Positions 9,805-19,182 of a stretch of DNA of 64,000 nt are shown in pieces. The DNA is from Micromonosporaceae bacterium. Its GTDB lineage: Bacteria > Actinomycetota > Actinomycetes > Mycobacteriales > Micromonosporaceae. The translations under genes were made by a program, and so were the position numbers. A model generated the notes under the pieces. It had not been told where the DNA came from. It saw only the letters and a list, made by a program, of their open reading frames with translations, and made no database searches. The stretch covers positions 163-64,162 of the forward strand of contig DASXRQ010000253.1 of the NCBI GenBank assembly GCA_036506495.1, given 5' to 3'. Within the stretch, counting starts at the first letter, position 1. Each line of letters starts with the position of its first letter.

Positions 9805-10425
9805 GTGGCGAGGTACTTCGAGGTGCACCCCGACAACCCGCAGACGCGCGCGATCCGCCAGGTCGTCGACGTGGTACGCGAGGGCGGTCTCATCGTGTAC
9901 CCCACCGATTCGTGCTTCGCCCTCGGATGCCAGATGGGCAACCGGGCCGGCCTGGAACGGATCCGGGAGATCCGGCACCTCGACGACCGGCACCACTTCA
10001 CGCTGGTATGCCGCGACTTCGCCCAGCTCGGCCAGCTCGTCAAGATCAGCAACTCGGTCTTTCGGCTGGTCAAGTCGGCCACTCCGGGCCCCTACACGTT
10101 CATCCTGCCGGCGACCCGCGAGGTGCCGCGACGGCTCCTGCACCCCAGGAAACGGACGGTCGGCGTACGCATCCCCGACCACGCCGTTGCGCAGGCGCTG
10201 CTCGAACAGCTCGGCGAGCCGATGCTGTCGAGCACGCTCCTTCTCCCCGGCGAACACGAGCCCAGGACGAATGGCCGGGAGATCAAGGACAAGCTCGACC
10301 ACCTCGTTGACGCGGTCGTGGACTCGGGCGACTGCGGGACCGAGCCGACCACCGTCGTGGATCTCTCGCAGCCGGAACCCGATGTCGTACGCCGCGGCGC
10401 GGGAGACCCGTCGCGGTTCGAGTAG
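9805..10425 (+). CDS. L-threonylcarbamoyladenylate synthase family protein (YciO/TsaC-like)
   Basis: 206 aa with the YrdC-fold motif (LIVYPTDSCFALGC, TPGPYTFIL). GTG start. Confidence 0.8.
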   Translation: MARYFEVHPDNPQTRAIRQVVDVVREGGLIVYPTDSCFALGCQMGNRAGLERIREIRHLDDRHHFTLVCRDFAQLGQLVKISNSVFRLVKSATPGPYTFILPATREVPRRLLHPRKRTVGVRIPDHAVAQALLEQLGEPMLSSTLLLPGEHEPRTNGREIKDKLDHLVDAVVDSGDCGTEPTTVVDLSQPEPDVVRRGAGDPSRFE

Positions 10426-10450
10426 CCGCCGCACGCGCCCGTCCCCCATC

Positions 10451-10510
10451 CCAACTTCGTCACACTTGGCGTGTCAGCTGCGGTTAACCGCCCAACTTCG
10501 ACGAAGTTGC
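10451..10510. repeat. CCAACT-type palindromic element, copy 1 (two 19-nt units 41 bp apart, mutually inverted)
   Basis: Units are ccaacttcgtcacacttgg (10451-10469) and ccaacttcgacgaagttgc (10492-10510). The second unit is itself a 17-bp palindrome. The element is related to 31002-31104. Confidence 0.6.
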
Positions 10511-11727
10511 GATTCGGCGGGATCGCGGCGGCGCCGAAGTACGTGCCAGGTCAGCGCCGCGGCCGCGACCGTGACCTGGGCCCACAGCGCCACGCCGGCG
10601 AATGGGACGATCGCGGCGCAGGCGAGCGCCGAGACCGCCGCGGCGGCCCGGCTCCACCCCCGTAGGAGCCGGACCGCGGCTAGACACCCGACGACGTACA
10701 CGGTCAGGCCCATCGAGCTGGGCAGCACGACGTACGCCTCGGCGCCCCACCCGCGCCAGACCGCCAGCGCCAGCGCCGCGCCGGCTATGCCGCCGACGGC
10801 CGCCACCGCGGCACCGGGAACGCCGCGCGACGAGACTCGCCCGAGCGCCGGGAACAGGGCGTACCCGAGCCGGGAGGCCGCGGCTACGAACACGTTGACC
10901 GTGCCCGCGGTGATCAGCAGCGCGGCCACGGCGCCGATCGCGCGGGCGTTCGGGCCGCCCAGCAGCGCCACGACCGCCACCCGGTCCTGGTCGGGCGTGC
11001 CGTAGGTTCGGGTGCCGACGACCGCCACCGCGATGCCCAGGTAGACGGTCGTGACCGCCGCGACCGCCAGCAGCGTGGCGCGTACCGCGTCCCGGGCCGG
11101 ATCGCGGAACTCCGCGGACAGGTGCGTGATGGCCTCCCACCCGAAGCACGAGAAGAAGACCATGACGGCCACGGCGCCGACCGCGTCCCAGCCGTGCGGC
11201 GCAAACGGCGTGAACGCCTCCGCCGACACTCTGGGCAACGCCAGGGCGGCGGCGGCGACCAGCACGGCGACGACCGAGGCGGACAGTCCAAGCTGGACAC
11301 CCGCGCTGACCCGGATGCCGCGGAGGTTGGCCGCCACGGCGCCGGCGAGGATCGCCGCCGCGACGAGGTACGGGTCCACGCCGAACGCCGCCGCGACGTA
11401 GTGTCCGCCGGTCATCGCGATCGCCGCCTGTGCCACCGACGCGGCGAAGAAGTAGAACCAGCCCACCACGGTCGCGGCCGCCGGTCCGAACGCCCGCTCG
11501 GTGAACGACGCGACCCCGCCGGCCGCCGGGAACCGGGCGGCGAGCGCGGCGAAGGTCAGCGCGATCGGTACGCCGAGGAGGACGACCGCCAGCCAGGCCA
11601 GCAGCGAGGCCGGGCCGGCCAGCCGGGCGGCGACGCCGGGCAACACCAGCACGCCGGCCCCGATGACGCTCCCGGCGTACAGGGCGGTGGCCTGGGGAAG
11701 GGTGATCGCGCGCCGCAGGGTTGCCAC
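10474..11727 (-). CDS. APC family amino acid permease
   Basis: 417 aa, 12-TM-type hydrophobic profile, N-terminal motif ALYAGSVIGAGVLVLPG. The last ~17 codons are encoded by the repeat element. Confidence 0.85.
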   Translation of the reverse strand: MATLRRAITLPQATALYAGSVIGAGVLVLPGVAARLAGPASLLAWLAVVLLGVPIALTFAALAARFPAAGGVASFTERAFGPAAATVVGWFYFFAASVAQAAIAMTGGHYVAAAFGVDPYLVAAAILAGAVAANLRGIRVSAGVQLGLSASVVAVLVAAAALALPRVSAEAFTPFAPHGWDAVGAVAVMVFFSCFGWEAITHLSAEFRDPARDAVRATLLAVAAVTTVYLGIAVAVVGTRTYGTPDQDRVAVVALLGGPNARAIGAVAALLITAGTVNVFVAAASRLGYALFPALGRVSSRGVPGAAVAAVGGIAGAALALAVWRGWGAEAYVVLPSSMGLTVYVVGCLAAVRLLRGWSRAAAAVSALACAAIVPFAGVALWAQVTVAAAALTWHVLRRRRDPAESQLRRSWAVNRS

Positions 11728-11787
11728 CGGCCCAGCGTTGCGGGAGGCTACTCATAAGTGCAACTGAAGCTACTTTAGGAACTCATC

Positions 11788-12696
11788 ATGGATGCTAATG
11801 GCTGGGCCGCACTCGAGGTCCGGCACCTCGCGGCGCTGAATGCCGTGGCCGACGAGGGCACGTTTGGGGCCGCCGCCGCGCGGCTCGGATACACCCAGGC
11901 CGCGGTCAGCCAGCAGATCGCGGCTCTGGAACGCATCGTCGGCGTCACCCTGCTCGAACGGGCTCCGGGACGCCGGCCGCATGGGCTGACCCCGGCCGGA
12001 CAGGCGCTGCACCGGCACGCCGTCGCCGTCCTGGCCAGGGTGCGCTCCGCCCAGGCGGACCTGGCCGCGCTCCAGGGCGAGCGCGCCGGCACGCTGCGAA
12101 TCGGAACGTACGCCAGCGTCGGCGCGCGGATCCTGCCCGACGTCACGCGCAGGTTTCTCGCCGCCTGGCCGGAGATCGAGGTCCACCTGACGGACGGCGC
12201 CGGCGACCAGGAACTCCTTCCGCTCGTCGAGTCCGGCGACCTCGATATCTCCTTCGCCATGCTGCCGGTGGAAGAAGGGCCGTTCGAGGTCGTCGAGGTG
12301 CTGCGCGACCCCTACGTGCTCGTGGTGCCGCGCGATTCCCCGTTGCCGGACCGGCTGCGTCCGGAGGATCTCACCGGGCTGCCGTTGATCGGCTTCCGCA
12401 CCTGCCGGCACGCGGCGCGCGTCGAGGCGCAGCTGAGCGCGCACGGCATCGAGCCCAACACCGTGTTCCGGTCCGACGACAACGGGACCGTGCAGGGCCT
12501 GGTGGCCGCCGGCATCGGCCACGGGCTGATCCCGCGCCTCGCCGCCGATCCAGCGGACCCGCGCACCAGGATCATCCCCGTCGACCGCCTCGCGCCGCGG
12601 CGGCTCGGCATCGCCCGGCATCGCGACCGGCATGTCACACCGGCCACGCGCGCGTACATCGAGCTGGCCCGCGACCACTGCACCACGCTGGAATGA
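11788..12696 (+). CDS. LysR family transcriptional regulator
   Basis: 302 aa with N-terminal HTH (LRHLAALNAVADEGTFGAAAARLGYTQAAVSQQIAALE). Divergent from the permease across a low-GC 60-bp spacer. Confidence 0.9.
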   Translation: MDANGWAALEVRHLAALNAVADEGTFGAAAARLGYTQAAVSQQIAALERIVGVTLLERAPGRRPHGLTPAGQALHRHAVAVLARVRSAQADLAALQGERAGTLRIGTYASVGARILPDVTRRFLAAWPEIEVHLTDGAGDQELLPLVESGDLDISFAMLPVEEGPFEVVEVLRDPYVLVVPRDSPLPDRLRPEDLTGLPLIGFRTCRHAARVEAQLSAHGIEPNTVFRSDDNGTVQGLVAAGIGHGLIPRLAADPADPRTRIIPVDRLAPRRLGIARHRDRHVTPATRAYIELARDHCTTLE

Positions 12697-12736
12697 CGAC
12701 CGACCGCGCCTCCGCCGGCCGGCCGCCCCGGCGCCG

Positions 12737-12816
12737 TCGATCATGGACTTCCGCGTCGATCAAGGGCTTGTTGTCGTGGCCAAGCGATCGACTCACGGCA
12801 ACAAGTCCATGATCGA
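12737..12816. repeat. ATCATGGACTT-type palindromic element, copy 1 (80 bp)
   Basis: Sequence is tcgatcatggactt...atcaagggcttgttgtcg-19 nt-cggcaacaagtccatgatcga. Arms match copy 2 at 31160-31238 at about 85-95%, while the loops are unrelated. Confidence 0.65.
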
Positions 12817-12969
12817 CGCACAGCGGGCGGTCCCGGGGGGTTCCCCTAGGACCCGCGGGCCCGGTCAGATCCGGGGCGGACCAGGGCCGGTCCCCGATGC
12901 GGGTCGGTGGTCGGTGGCGCCAGGCTGAAAGGGTCCAACACGACGACCGATCTGGAGGAATAGATCATC

Positions 12970-13236
12970 ATGGACACCGTTCACAACTCGATGCGCCGTC
13001 AGGGGCTTGTCCGGCCGCGTGACGGTCGCGTACTCGGCGGGGTGTGCGCCGGGCTCGGGCGGCGCTTCGGCATCGACCCGTGGCCGGCCCGCTTGCTGTT
13101 CGTCCTCATCCTGTTCGTGATTCCGGGCAGCCAGATCCTGATTTACCCGATCCTGTGGATCCTCATGCCCTCCGAAGAGGCGCCGGCGGTCGCAGGCCCG
13201 GCATCGCCGACGTCGGTCGCACCACCCGCGGCGTGA
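12970..13236 (+). CDS. PspC domain-containing membrane protein
   Basis: 88 aa with PspC motif (GGVCAGLGRRFGIDPWPARLLFVL). GGAGGA RBS upstream. Confidence 0.8.
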   Translation: MDTVHNSMRRQGLVRPRDGRVLGGVCAGLGRRFGIDPWPARLLFVLILFVIPGSQILIYPILWILMPSEEAPAVAGPASPTSVAPPAA

Positions 13237-13256
13237 GCGACGCGGGCGCCACCCCG

Positions 13257-13961
13257 CTATCGGGCGAGCCCGGCGATGATGTTGACGACCCCGCCGACGA
13301 TCACCACACCGAACACATAGGACAGGATGGCGTGGGCGAGAACGATCCGCCGCAGCCGCACGCCGCGGATCGCCGTGTCGGAGACCTGGTAGGTCATGCC
13401 GATGGTGAACGCCACGTAGGCGAAGTCGCGGTAGGTGGGGTGTCGCGTCGCGTCGGTGGGCTCGGGGAAATCGATGTCGCCGGCCACCGCGTCGAAGTAC
13501 CGGTGGGCGTAGCGCAACGTATAGACGGTGTTGACGACCGTCCACGAGAGTACGACGGTCAGCACGGCCACCAAGATGAGAACGCTCCGCTCCGAGCCGG
13601 CCGTGCGACCCGCCAGACCGAGCGCGAAGGCGACGCCGAGCAGGCTGGCGGCGCTGGCCGCGAGCAGCAGCACGGCGGCCGCGCCGCCGGTCACGTCCTC
13701 ACGCCCGGCCAGCTGCTCGACGTGCGACGCGGTGGCGCGCGCGATGATCGGCCAGACCGTTACGAGGAACCCGAACGCAGCCGCGTCCCATCCACCGACG
13801 GTCGCGAGCTGCCAGGGGACTGACGGCATCAGCAACAGGCCGACGGCCACACCGAGCGCGCAGACCACCGCGGCCCGGCGCAGCGCGGGGGCGTGCCACC
13901 CGATCAATCGGTGGTACGCGGTGGCGGGGGGCATCTCGGTCATCGGCCGATTGTTCCGCAC
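13257..13961 (-). CDS. DUF1345 domain membrane protein
   Basis: 234 aa, multi-TM, with the conserved C-terminal stretch YRDFAYVAFTIGMTYQVSDTAI. Confidence 0.7.
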   Translation of the reverse strand: MRNNRPMTEMPPATAYHRLIGWHAPALRRAAVVCALGVAVGLLLMPSVPWQLATVGGWDAAAFGFLVTVWPIIARATASHVEQLAGREDVTGGAAAVLLLAASAASLLGVAFALGLAGRTAGSERSVLILVAVLTVVLSWTVVNTVYTLRYAHRYFDAVAGDIDFPEPTDATRHPTYRDFAYVAFTIGMTYQVSDTAIRGVRLRRIVLAHAILSYVFGVVIVGGVVNIIAGLAR

Positions 13962-13968
13962 AGCGACC

Positions 13969-14448
13969 CTAGCCGGCCGACGGCGCGGCGAGGGTCTGCT
14001 GGATCGCGGTCGCCAGGATCGCCCATGTCACGACGACAGCAGCCAGCACGACGAGCATCAGCAGTGCCTTGACCGCAGTCGGGACTCTGCTGCGGGCGAC
14101 GGCGAAGTTCGTCGCGGCGCCGAGCCCGCCGACGAGACCGCCCAGGAGGCCGCCGAGCAGGAGGAGGCCGATCGGGCTCAGGGCGAGGGCGCGGAGCGCC
14201 AGCGGCGTTGGGGGACCGGTGCGGTGCGTGGCCCCGTTGATCTCGAGGCTCGGGTACGCGTCGAGAAAACCGCCCCGCACTCTCGCCTCGACCATCCCGC
14301 CGTCGGCGACCGCGAGGGCGTACCGGGACCGGCCGATGCGGCTCGCCGGATGCCCGCCTACCGTGATGCGGTACCGGCCGGAGAGGCCGTTCGTGCTCAC
14401 GACGCTGGGGCCGGCGAGACCCCCGATGGTCAACGGTTCGGTGCGCAT
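13969..14448 (-). CDS. Hypothetical membrane-anchored protein
   Basis: 159-aa ORF co-directional with and 8 nt upstream of the DUF1345 gene. Soluble N-terminal part plus two predicted TM helices. No family recognised. Confidence 0.5.
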   Translation of the reverse strand: MRTEPLTIGGLAGPSVVSTNGLSGRYRITVGGHPASRIGRSRYALAVADGGMVEARVRGGFLDAYPSLEINGATHRTGPPTPLALRALALSPIGLLLLGGLLGGLVGGLGAATNFAVARSRVPTAVKALLMLVVLAAVVVTWAILATAIQQTLAAPSAG

Positions 14449-14545
14449 GGCGCAGGATCGTAGGCCCTGGCCGGCTCGGTCGCTGCCCCGCGGCGTGCCG
14501 CGTCCCTACGATCGGGTTGCCGCGGGCCCGGCGAAGGGAGTCCTC

Positions 14546-16060
14546 GTGAACCGCGCCGTCGCCGTATCCGACGCCGAGCCCAGTCTCGTTTATGGCAGCG
14601 CACCCGGCCGGTGGGTGCTCGCCGCGACGATCCTCGGCTCGGCGATCGCCGCCATCGACGCGACCGTTGTCGGCATCGCGCTGCCCACGATCGGACGCGA
14701 GTTCGGTGCGGATCTGGCCAGCCTGCAGTGGGTCGTCACGGCGTACATGCTCACGCTGGCCGGCCTGCTCCTGGTCGCCGGCGCCCTCGGCGACCGGTAC
14801 GGCCGGCGCCGCGTCTTCCTGATCGGTGTCGTCTGGTTCGCGCTGGCGTCTCTGCTCTGCGGGCTCGCCCCCGACGCGGCCTGGCTGATCGGCGCTCGGG
14901 CGCTGCAGGGCGTCGGCGCTGCCCTGCTGACCCCGGGCAGTCTCGCCATCCTCGAGGCGAGCTTCGTGCCCGACGACCGCGGGAAGGCTATCGGCGCCTG
15001 GTCGGGCTTCGGCGGCGTCGCCACCGCGGTCGGTCCGTTCCTCGGCGGATGGCTGATCCAATCGCTGTCCTGGCGATTCATCTTCGCAATCAACCTGCCG
15101 GTCGCGGCCGCCGTGGTGGCCGTGACCTGGCGGCACGTGCCGGAGTCGCACGATCCCCAGGCGACCGGCCGGGTCGATCTGCCGGGCGGGGCGCTGGTCA
15201 CTGTCGGCCTAATCGGGCTGACGTACGGCCTGACCGAGGGCCCGGCCGCCGGCTGGGCGAGCCCGGCGGTGTTGGCCTCGCTGATCGGCGGTGTGCTCCT
15301 CCTTGCGCTGTTCGTGGGCTGGGAGCGCCGGGCGCGTACGCCGATGCTGCCGCTCGGCCTGTTCCGATCCCGCCAGTTCACCGCGACCAACCTGGTGACC
15401 TTCATCGTGTACGCGGCTCTCGGCGGCGCGCTCTTCCTCCTGCCGATCCAGCTGCAGCAGGTGTCGGGCTACACCGCGCTCGAGACCGGCATTTCCCTGC
15501 TGCCGGTCACCGCCATCATGCTGACCCTGTCCGCCCGCTCCGGCGCGCTCGCGGCCCGCATCGGCCCTCGGCTCCAGATGACCGCCGGGCCGATGATCGT
15601 CGGTGCCGGCATGGCGCTGTTCGCCCGCATCGACAAGGGCGGCAGCTACCTGACCGAGGTCCTTCCCGCCGTGATCGTGTTCGGACTCGGTCTGGCCGCG
15701 ACCGTCGCGCCGCTCACCGCGACGGTGCTCGCCGCAGTCTCGGCCCGGCGCGCCGGCATCGCTTCGGCCGTCAACAACGCCGTGGCCCGCGTGGCGTCGC
15801 TCATCGCGGTCGCCGTGCTCCCGGCCGCGGCTGGCCTCACCGGCTCCGCTTACCTGCATCCCGCCCGGTTCTCGGCCGGGTTCCACAGCGCGGTCCTCTT
15901 GACGGCCGGGATGTGCGTACTCGGCGGCGCGGTGGCGGCCGCCGCGATCCGCAACCCGCGGCCTGCCCCGCCGACGGCCGAAGCCGGACCGGCGACCCAC
16001 CCGCTGCACTGCGGTCTGGACGCCCCGGCGCCGGCCGGAGCCGTCCGCGCCGGCACGTAG
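14546..16060 (+). CDS. MFS transporter, DHA2 (EmrB/QacA) drug-efflux type
   Basis: GTG 14546 preceded by GAAGGGAG. Motifs LGDRYGRRRVF and 14-TM-type organisation. The ORF track's upstream extension from 14069 is rejected. Confidence 0.85.
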   Translation: MNRAVAVSDAEPSLVYGSAPGRWVLAATILGSAIAAIDATVVGIALPTIGREFGADLASLQWVVTAYMLTLAGLLLVAGALGDRYGRRRVFLIGVVWFALASLLCGLAPDAAWLIGARALQGVGAALLTPGSLAILEASFVPDDRGKAIGAWSGFGGVATAVGPFLGGWLIQSLSWRFIFAINLPVAAAVVAVTWRHVPESHDPQATGRVDLPGGALVTVGLIGLTYGLTEGPAAGWASPAVLASLIGGVLLLALFVGWERRARTPMLPLGLFRSRQFTATNLVTFIVYAALGGALFLLPIQLQQVSGYTALETGISLLPVTAIMLTLSARSGALAARIGPRLQMTAGPMIVGAGMALFARIDKGGSYLTEVLPAVIVFGLGLAATVAPLTATVLAAVSARRAGIASAVNNAVARVASLIAVAVLPAAAGLTGSAYLHPARFSAGFHSAVLLTAGMCVLGGAVAAAAIRNPRPAPPTAEAGPATHPLHCGLDAPAPAGAVRAGT

Positions 16061-16099
16061 ATCCGAGTCCAGGTCTACTGTGGACGCTGCCGGCACACG

Positions 16100-17086
16100 T
16101 TAGCGGACGCCGGCGGTGGTCGGCGTCTCCGGCAGGATGGGTTCGCCGCGGGCGGCGATCGGAGCACGCAGCTCATCGACGCGCACGAGCGCGACCCCGC
16201 CGACGATCAGCACGCCGCCGAGCAGCTGAACCACGGTCGGCAGTTCGCCGAGCACGAACCACGCGACGAGCACGGCGAAGAGAACCTCGGTCAGGCCGAC
16301 GAACGACGCCAGCCTCGGTCCGAGCATCCGTGCCGCGCCGATGCCGGCGACGTACGCGATCGCCGCGGCCACCAGGGACAGCCCGATGACCGGAACCAGC
16401 CAGGTTGTGCGCTGCCCGGCGAGCTCAACCGAGCCGAATCTGGCGTGCAGCGGCACCACCCCCAGGGCGCCGAGGCCGAGCAGCGCGGCGGCGCCGACGC
16501 CCATGCCCGCGCTGGCCACCATCACCGGCGGTACGCCGTCGGTGTCCCTCGACGAGAGCAGGAAGTACGTGGCGAGCCCGACCGCGGCGCCGAGACCCCA
16601 CAGCACGCCGACCGGGTCGAGGCGTGTCCCGCCGATGACGTTGAGAACGAGCACCAACCCGACGAGCGCGGTCACGGACCCGACCACGGTCAGGCGGCGC
16701 GGTGTCTGTCCACGCCGGAGCCAGAGCCAGCCGACGACGAGCACCGTGCCGAGATACTCGATCAGCAGGGCGACCCCCACCGACAGATGCTGGACGGCGT
16801 TGAAGAAGAACACCTGCGCACCCGCCACGGCGATCAGACCGTAGACCATGACGGAGCCGGCATTGCGTCGCAGCGCCGCCCATCGACCGCGCATCGACAG
16901 GATGGCCGGCACGGCGAGCATCAGGGCGCCCAGGCTGATCCGGACGGCCACGGCGGCCTCCGGCGACCAGCCGGCCTCGGTCAGGGATCGGGCGAGCGAG
17001 CCGGACGTGCTGAACGTCGCGGCCGAGAGCAGAGCCAGGCCGAGCCCGACGCCGGCGGCGCGCCGCTGGGCCATGATGTCCCCCAT
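16100..17086 (-). CDS. EamA/DMT family transporter
   Basis: 328 aa, 10-TM-type hydrophobic protein with duplicated EamA halves. Confidence 0.8.
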   Translation of the reverse strand: MGDIMAQRRAAGVGLGLALLSAATFSTSGSLARSLTEAGWSPEAAVAVRISLGALMLAVPAILSMRGRWAALRRNAGSVMVYGLIAVAGAQVFFFNAVQHLSVGVALLIEYLGTVLVVGWLWLRRGQTPRRLTVVGSVTALVGLVLVLNVIGGTRLDPVGVLWGLGAAVGLATYFLLSSRDTDGVPPVMVASAGMGVGAAALLGLGALGVVPLHARFGSVELAGQRTTWLVPVIGLSLVAAAIAYVAGIGAARMLGPRLASFVGLTEVLFAVLVAWFVLGELPTVVQLLGGVLIVGGVALVRVDELRAPIAARGEPILPETPTTAGVR

Positions 17087-17143
17087 GAGGTCGGTGGTGT
17101 AATAAGCAAAAGTGTCGTACGCTCATTACGCTAGTCGAAGGGG

Positions 17144-17701
17144 GTGACAGGAGTCAAGATGCTTTTTGCTCATGACACGGAGGTGGCGCTCGCCGCCGCT
17201 GCCGCGTTAGTCAATACCGCCGACGGCGACGACGAACTCCTGCCCGACATCGCCGCCCTCGACGAGTTCGTCCGCGTCTGGCGGTGGACCGGCCGACGCG
17301 ACCGTGATGAGGCCGAGCTGCGTGCCGTCCGCGACCTACGACCGCGGTTGCGCCGGCTGTGGGAGGCGAGCGAGGAGGGGGTCGTCGAGATCGTCAACGA
17401 CCTGTTGCGCGAGGGCGGCGCGCTGCCGTATCTCGTCTCGCACGACGGGCAGGACTACCACGTGCACGCCACGCCGCCCGACGCGCCGCTCGCCACCCGG
17501 ATGGCCGTCGAGGCCGCGATGGCCTTCGTCGACGTCGTACGCGCCAAGGAGCTCGGCCGGCTACGCATCTGCCGGTACACAGGGTGCGACAACGTCGTCG
17601 TGGACCTGTCCAAAAACAGGTCGAAGCAGTACTGCGAGAGCGGATGCGGCAACCGCGCCGCGGTCGCCGCATACCGGGCGCGCAAGGCCGCGGCGAAGTG
17701 A
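17144..17701 (+). CDS. CGNR zinc-finger domain protein (ABATE N-terminal domain), putative regulator
   Basis: C-terminal motif CRYTGCDNVVVDLSKNRSKQYCESGCGNRAAVAAYR. Divergent from the EamA gene. Start may be ATG 17159. Confidence 0.8.
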   Translation: MTGVKMLFAHDTEVALAAAAALVNTADGDDELLPDIAALDEFVRVWRWTGRRDRDEAELRAVRDLRPRLRRLWEASEEGVVEIVNDLLREGGALPYLVSHDGQDYHVHATPPDAPLATRMAVEAAMAFVDVVRAKELGRLRICRYTGCDNVVVDLSKNRSKQYCESGCGNRAAVAAYRARKAAAK

Positions 17702-17787
17702 CGGACCGACGACTATCCGTGCATCCGGGCGCACCGAATGCCAGCCGGGCGGGCTAGCCTGATCCGTGGAGTACGGGAGGGCGACCC

Positions 17788-18099
17788 ATGGAGCGCACCG
17801 TCGTTGACAATCCGGAGGCCGGTCGCTTCGAGATGTTCCTCGACGACAAGCGGGTCGGCTTCCTCGCGTACGACCTCAACGGCGACACCATCGCCCTGAC
17901 CGAGGTCGAGACCGATCTCCGGCTCGCCGGGCAGGGGCTCGGCCTGACATTGGTCCGTCACGCGCTCGACGCGGCGGGTGCCGCGGGCTGGTCGGTGCTG
18001 CCGGTCTCCGCGTTCGTCCGGGACTTCATCGAACGCCACCCCGTCTACCTCGACCTGGTGCCGCTGGCCGAGCGCGCCCGGTTCGACCTGCCCGAGTAG
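17788..18099 (+). CDS. Small GNAT family N-acetyltransferase (YjdJ type)
   Basis: 103 aa, MERTVVDNPEAGRFEMFLDDKRVGFLAY...LRLAGQGLG. Confidence 0.75.
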   Translation: MERTVVDNPEAGRFEMFLDDKRVGFLAYDLNGDTIALTEVETDLRLAGQGLGLTLVRHALDAAGAAGWSVLPVSAFVRDFIERHPVYLDLVPLAERARFDLPE

Positions 18100-18155
18100 C
18101 CCGCGACCGCGACCCGGCCGGCCCGGGCCGCTCTCCGGGCTGGCATCATCGCGGG

Positions 18156-18674
18156 ATGACTTGGACCGCCCCCGACGTGACCCGCACCGGCGGTTCAATG
18201 GTGGCCGACGAGCCGACCATGCTCCGTGGCCTTCTCGACTGGCACCGCGCGACGCTGGCGTACAAGTGCGCCGGGCTGACCGGCGAACAGCTGGCACTGC
18301 GGCCGATTCGGCAATCCAACCTGTCGCTGCTCGGACTGGTTCGACACCTGGCGAAGGTTGAGCGAATCTGGTTCCGGCGTCGGTTCGCCGGCGAGCCGGT
18401 GGACACCCTGTACTCCACGCCGGACCGGCGGGACGCCGACTTCGAGGACGGCGAAGCGGCGCACGCCGAGGACGACTATGCCCGGCTCACCAGCGAGTGG
18501 GACCTGGCCCGACGGGCGGTGGCCGATGCCCCGCTCGACGCGACGTTCACCGACTCCGACGGGGACCGGATCTCTCTTCGCTACGTGTTCAACCACATGA
18601 TCGGTGAGTACGCGCGACACAACGGCCACGCCGACCTGCTGCGCCAGTGCATCGACGGAGTCACTGGGGCCTGA
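18156..18674 (+). CDS. DinB family protein (DUF664 / mycothiol-transferase-like)
   Basis: 172 aa with motifs LLDWHRATLAYKCAGL and EYARHNGHADLLRQ. Confidence 0.8.
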   Translation: MTWTAPDVTRTGGSMVADEPTMLRGLLDWHRATLAYKCAGLTGEQLALRPIRQSNLSLLGLVRHLAKVERIWFRRRFAGEPVDTLYSTPDRRDADFEDGEAAHAEDDYARLTSEWDLARRAVADAPLDATFTDSDGDRISLRYVFNHMIGEYARHNGHADLLRQCIDGVTGA

Positions 18675-18740
18675 GGCGCTATCCAGCAGCCGCCGGCGGG
18701 AGCAGAATCGACCCGTCGGCGCAGTTCGAGGGAGGCGCGC

Positions 18741-19178
18741 ATGCCGCACGCGGAGGGTTCCACGGTGATCACGGGCCGGCACCCCGAGGAGGTGTTCGAC
18801 TTTCTCGCGGACGGTGCCAACAACCCGCGGTGGCGGGTCGGCGTCGCGGACATCAGCCGGATGACCGACTCCCCGGTCGAGGTCGGCACGGTCTTCCGAC
18901 AGGGGATGCGGGGGCCGATGGGCCGCCGGATCGCGGCGGACTACCGGATCACCGAGTACGACCGTGGCCACGCGCTCGGGTTCGAGGTTGTCGCCGGACC
19001 GGCCCGACCGACCGGCCGCTACGAACTGGCGCCGACGCAGACCGGTACCACGGTCCGGTTCACGCTGGACTGGCAGCCGCAGGGCCTGGCCAGGCTCCTG
19101 GCTCCGGCGGTGGCCCGCCAGATGCCGCGCGAGGTCGCAGCGCTGGGCCGGCTCAAGCAGGTCATGGAGGCACAATGA
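18741..19178 (+). CDS. SRPBCC family protein (polyketide cyclase/dehydrase fold)
   Basis: 145 aa with an N-terminus typical of the family (ITGRHPEEVFDFLADGANNPRW). Confidence 0.75.
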   Translation: MPHAEGSTVITGRHPEEVFDFLADGANNPRWRVGVADISRMTDSPVEVGTVFRQGMRGPMGRRIAADYRITEYDRGHALGFEVVAGPARPTGRYELAPTQTGTTVRFTLDWQPQGLARLLAPAVARQMPREVAALGRLKQVMEAQ

Positions 19179-19182
19179 GCGG

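Noticed and set aside
8306-11005. 899-aa ORF that would be the largest protein in this part of the window
   Set aside because: Only the first ~430 residues look like a real protein (PLP decarboxylase). After the frameshift point near 9640 the translation turns into Arg/Pro/Ser/Thr-rich low-complexity sequence. It also overlaps the well-supported YciO-like gene and the antisense of the APC permease. It is read-through typical of high-GC DNA.
12632-12928. 98-aa ORF sharing a ...NKSMI... peptide with the minus-strand ORF 31025-32149
   Set aside because: The shared peptide is a by-product of translating the conserved repeat arm (caacaagtccatgatcg). The flanking translations are unrelated and low-complexity, so these are not paralogous small proteins.
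14069-14545. 159-codon upstream extension of the MFS transporter ORF
   Set aside because: It is antisense to the better-supported hypothetical membrane protein gene (13969-14448) and Arg/Pro-rich. GTG 14546 has a GAAGGGAG RBS and gives a normal MFS N-terminus.
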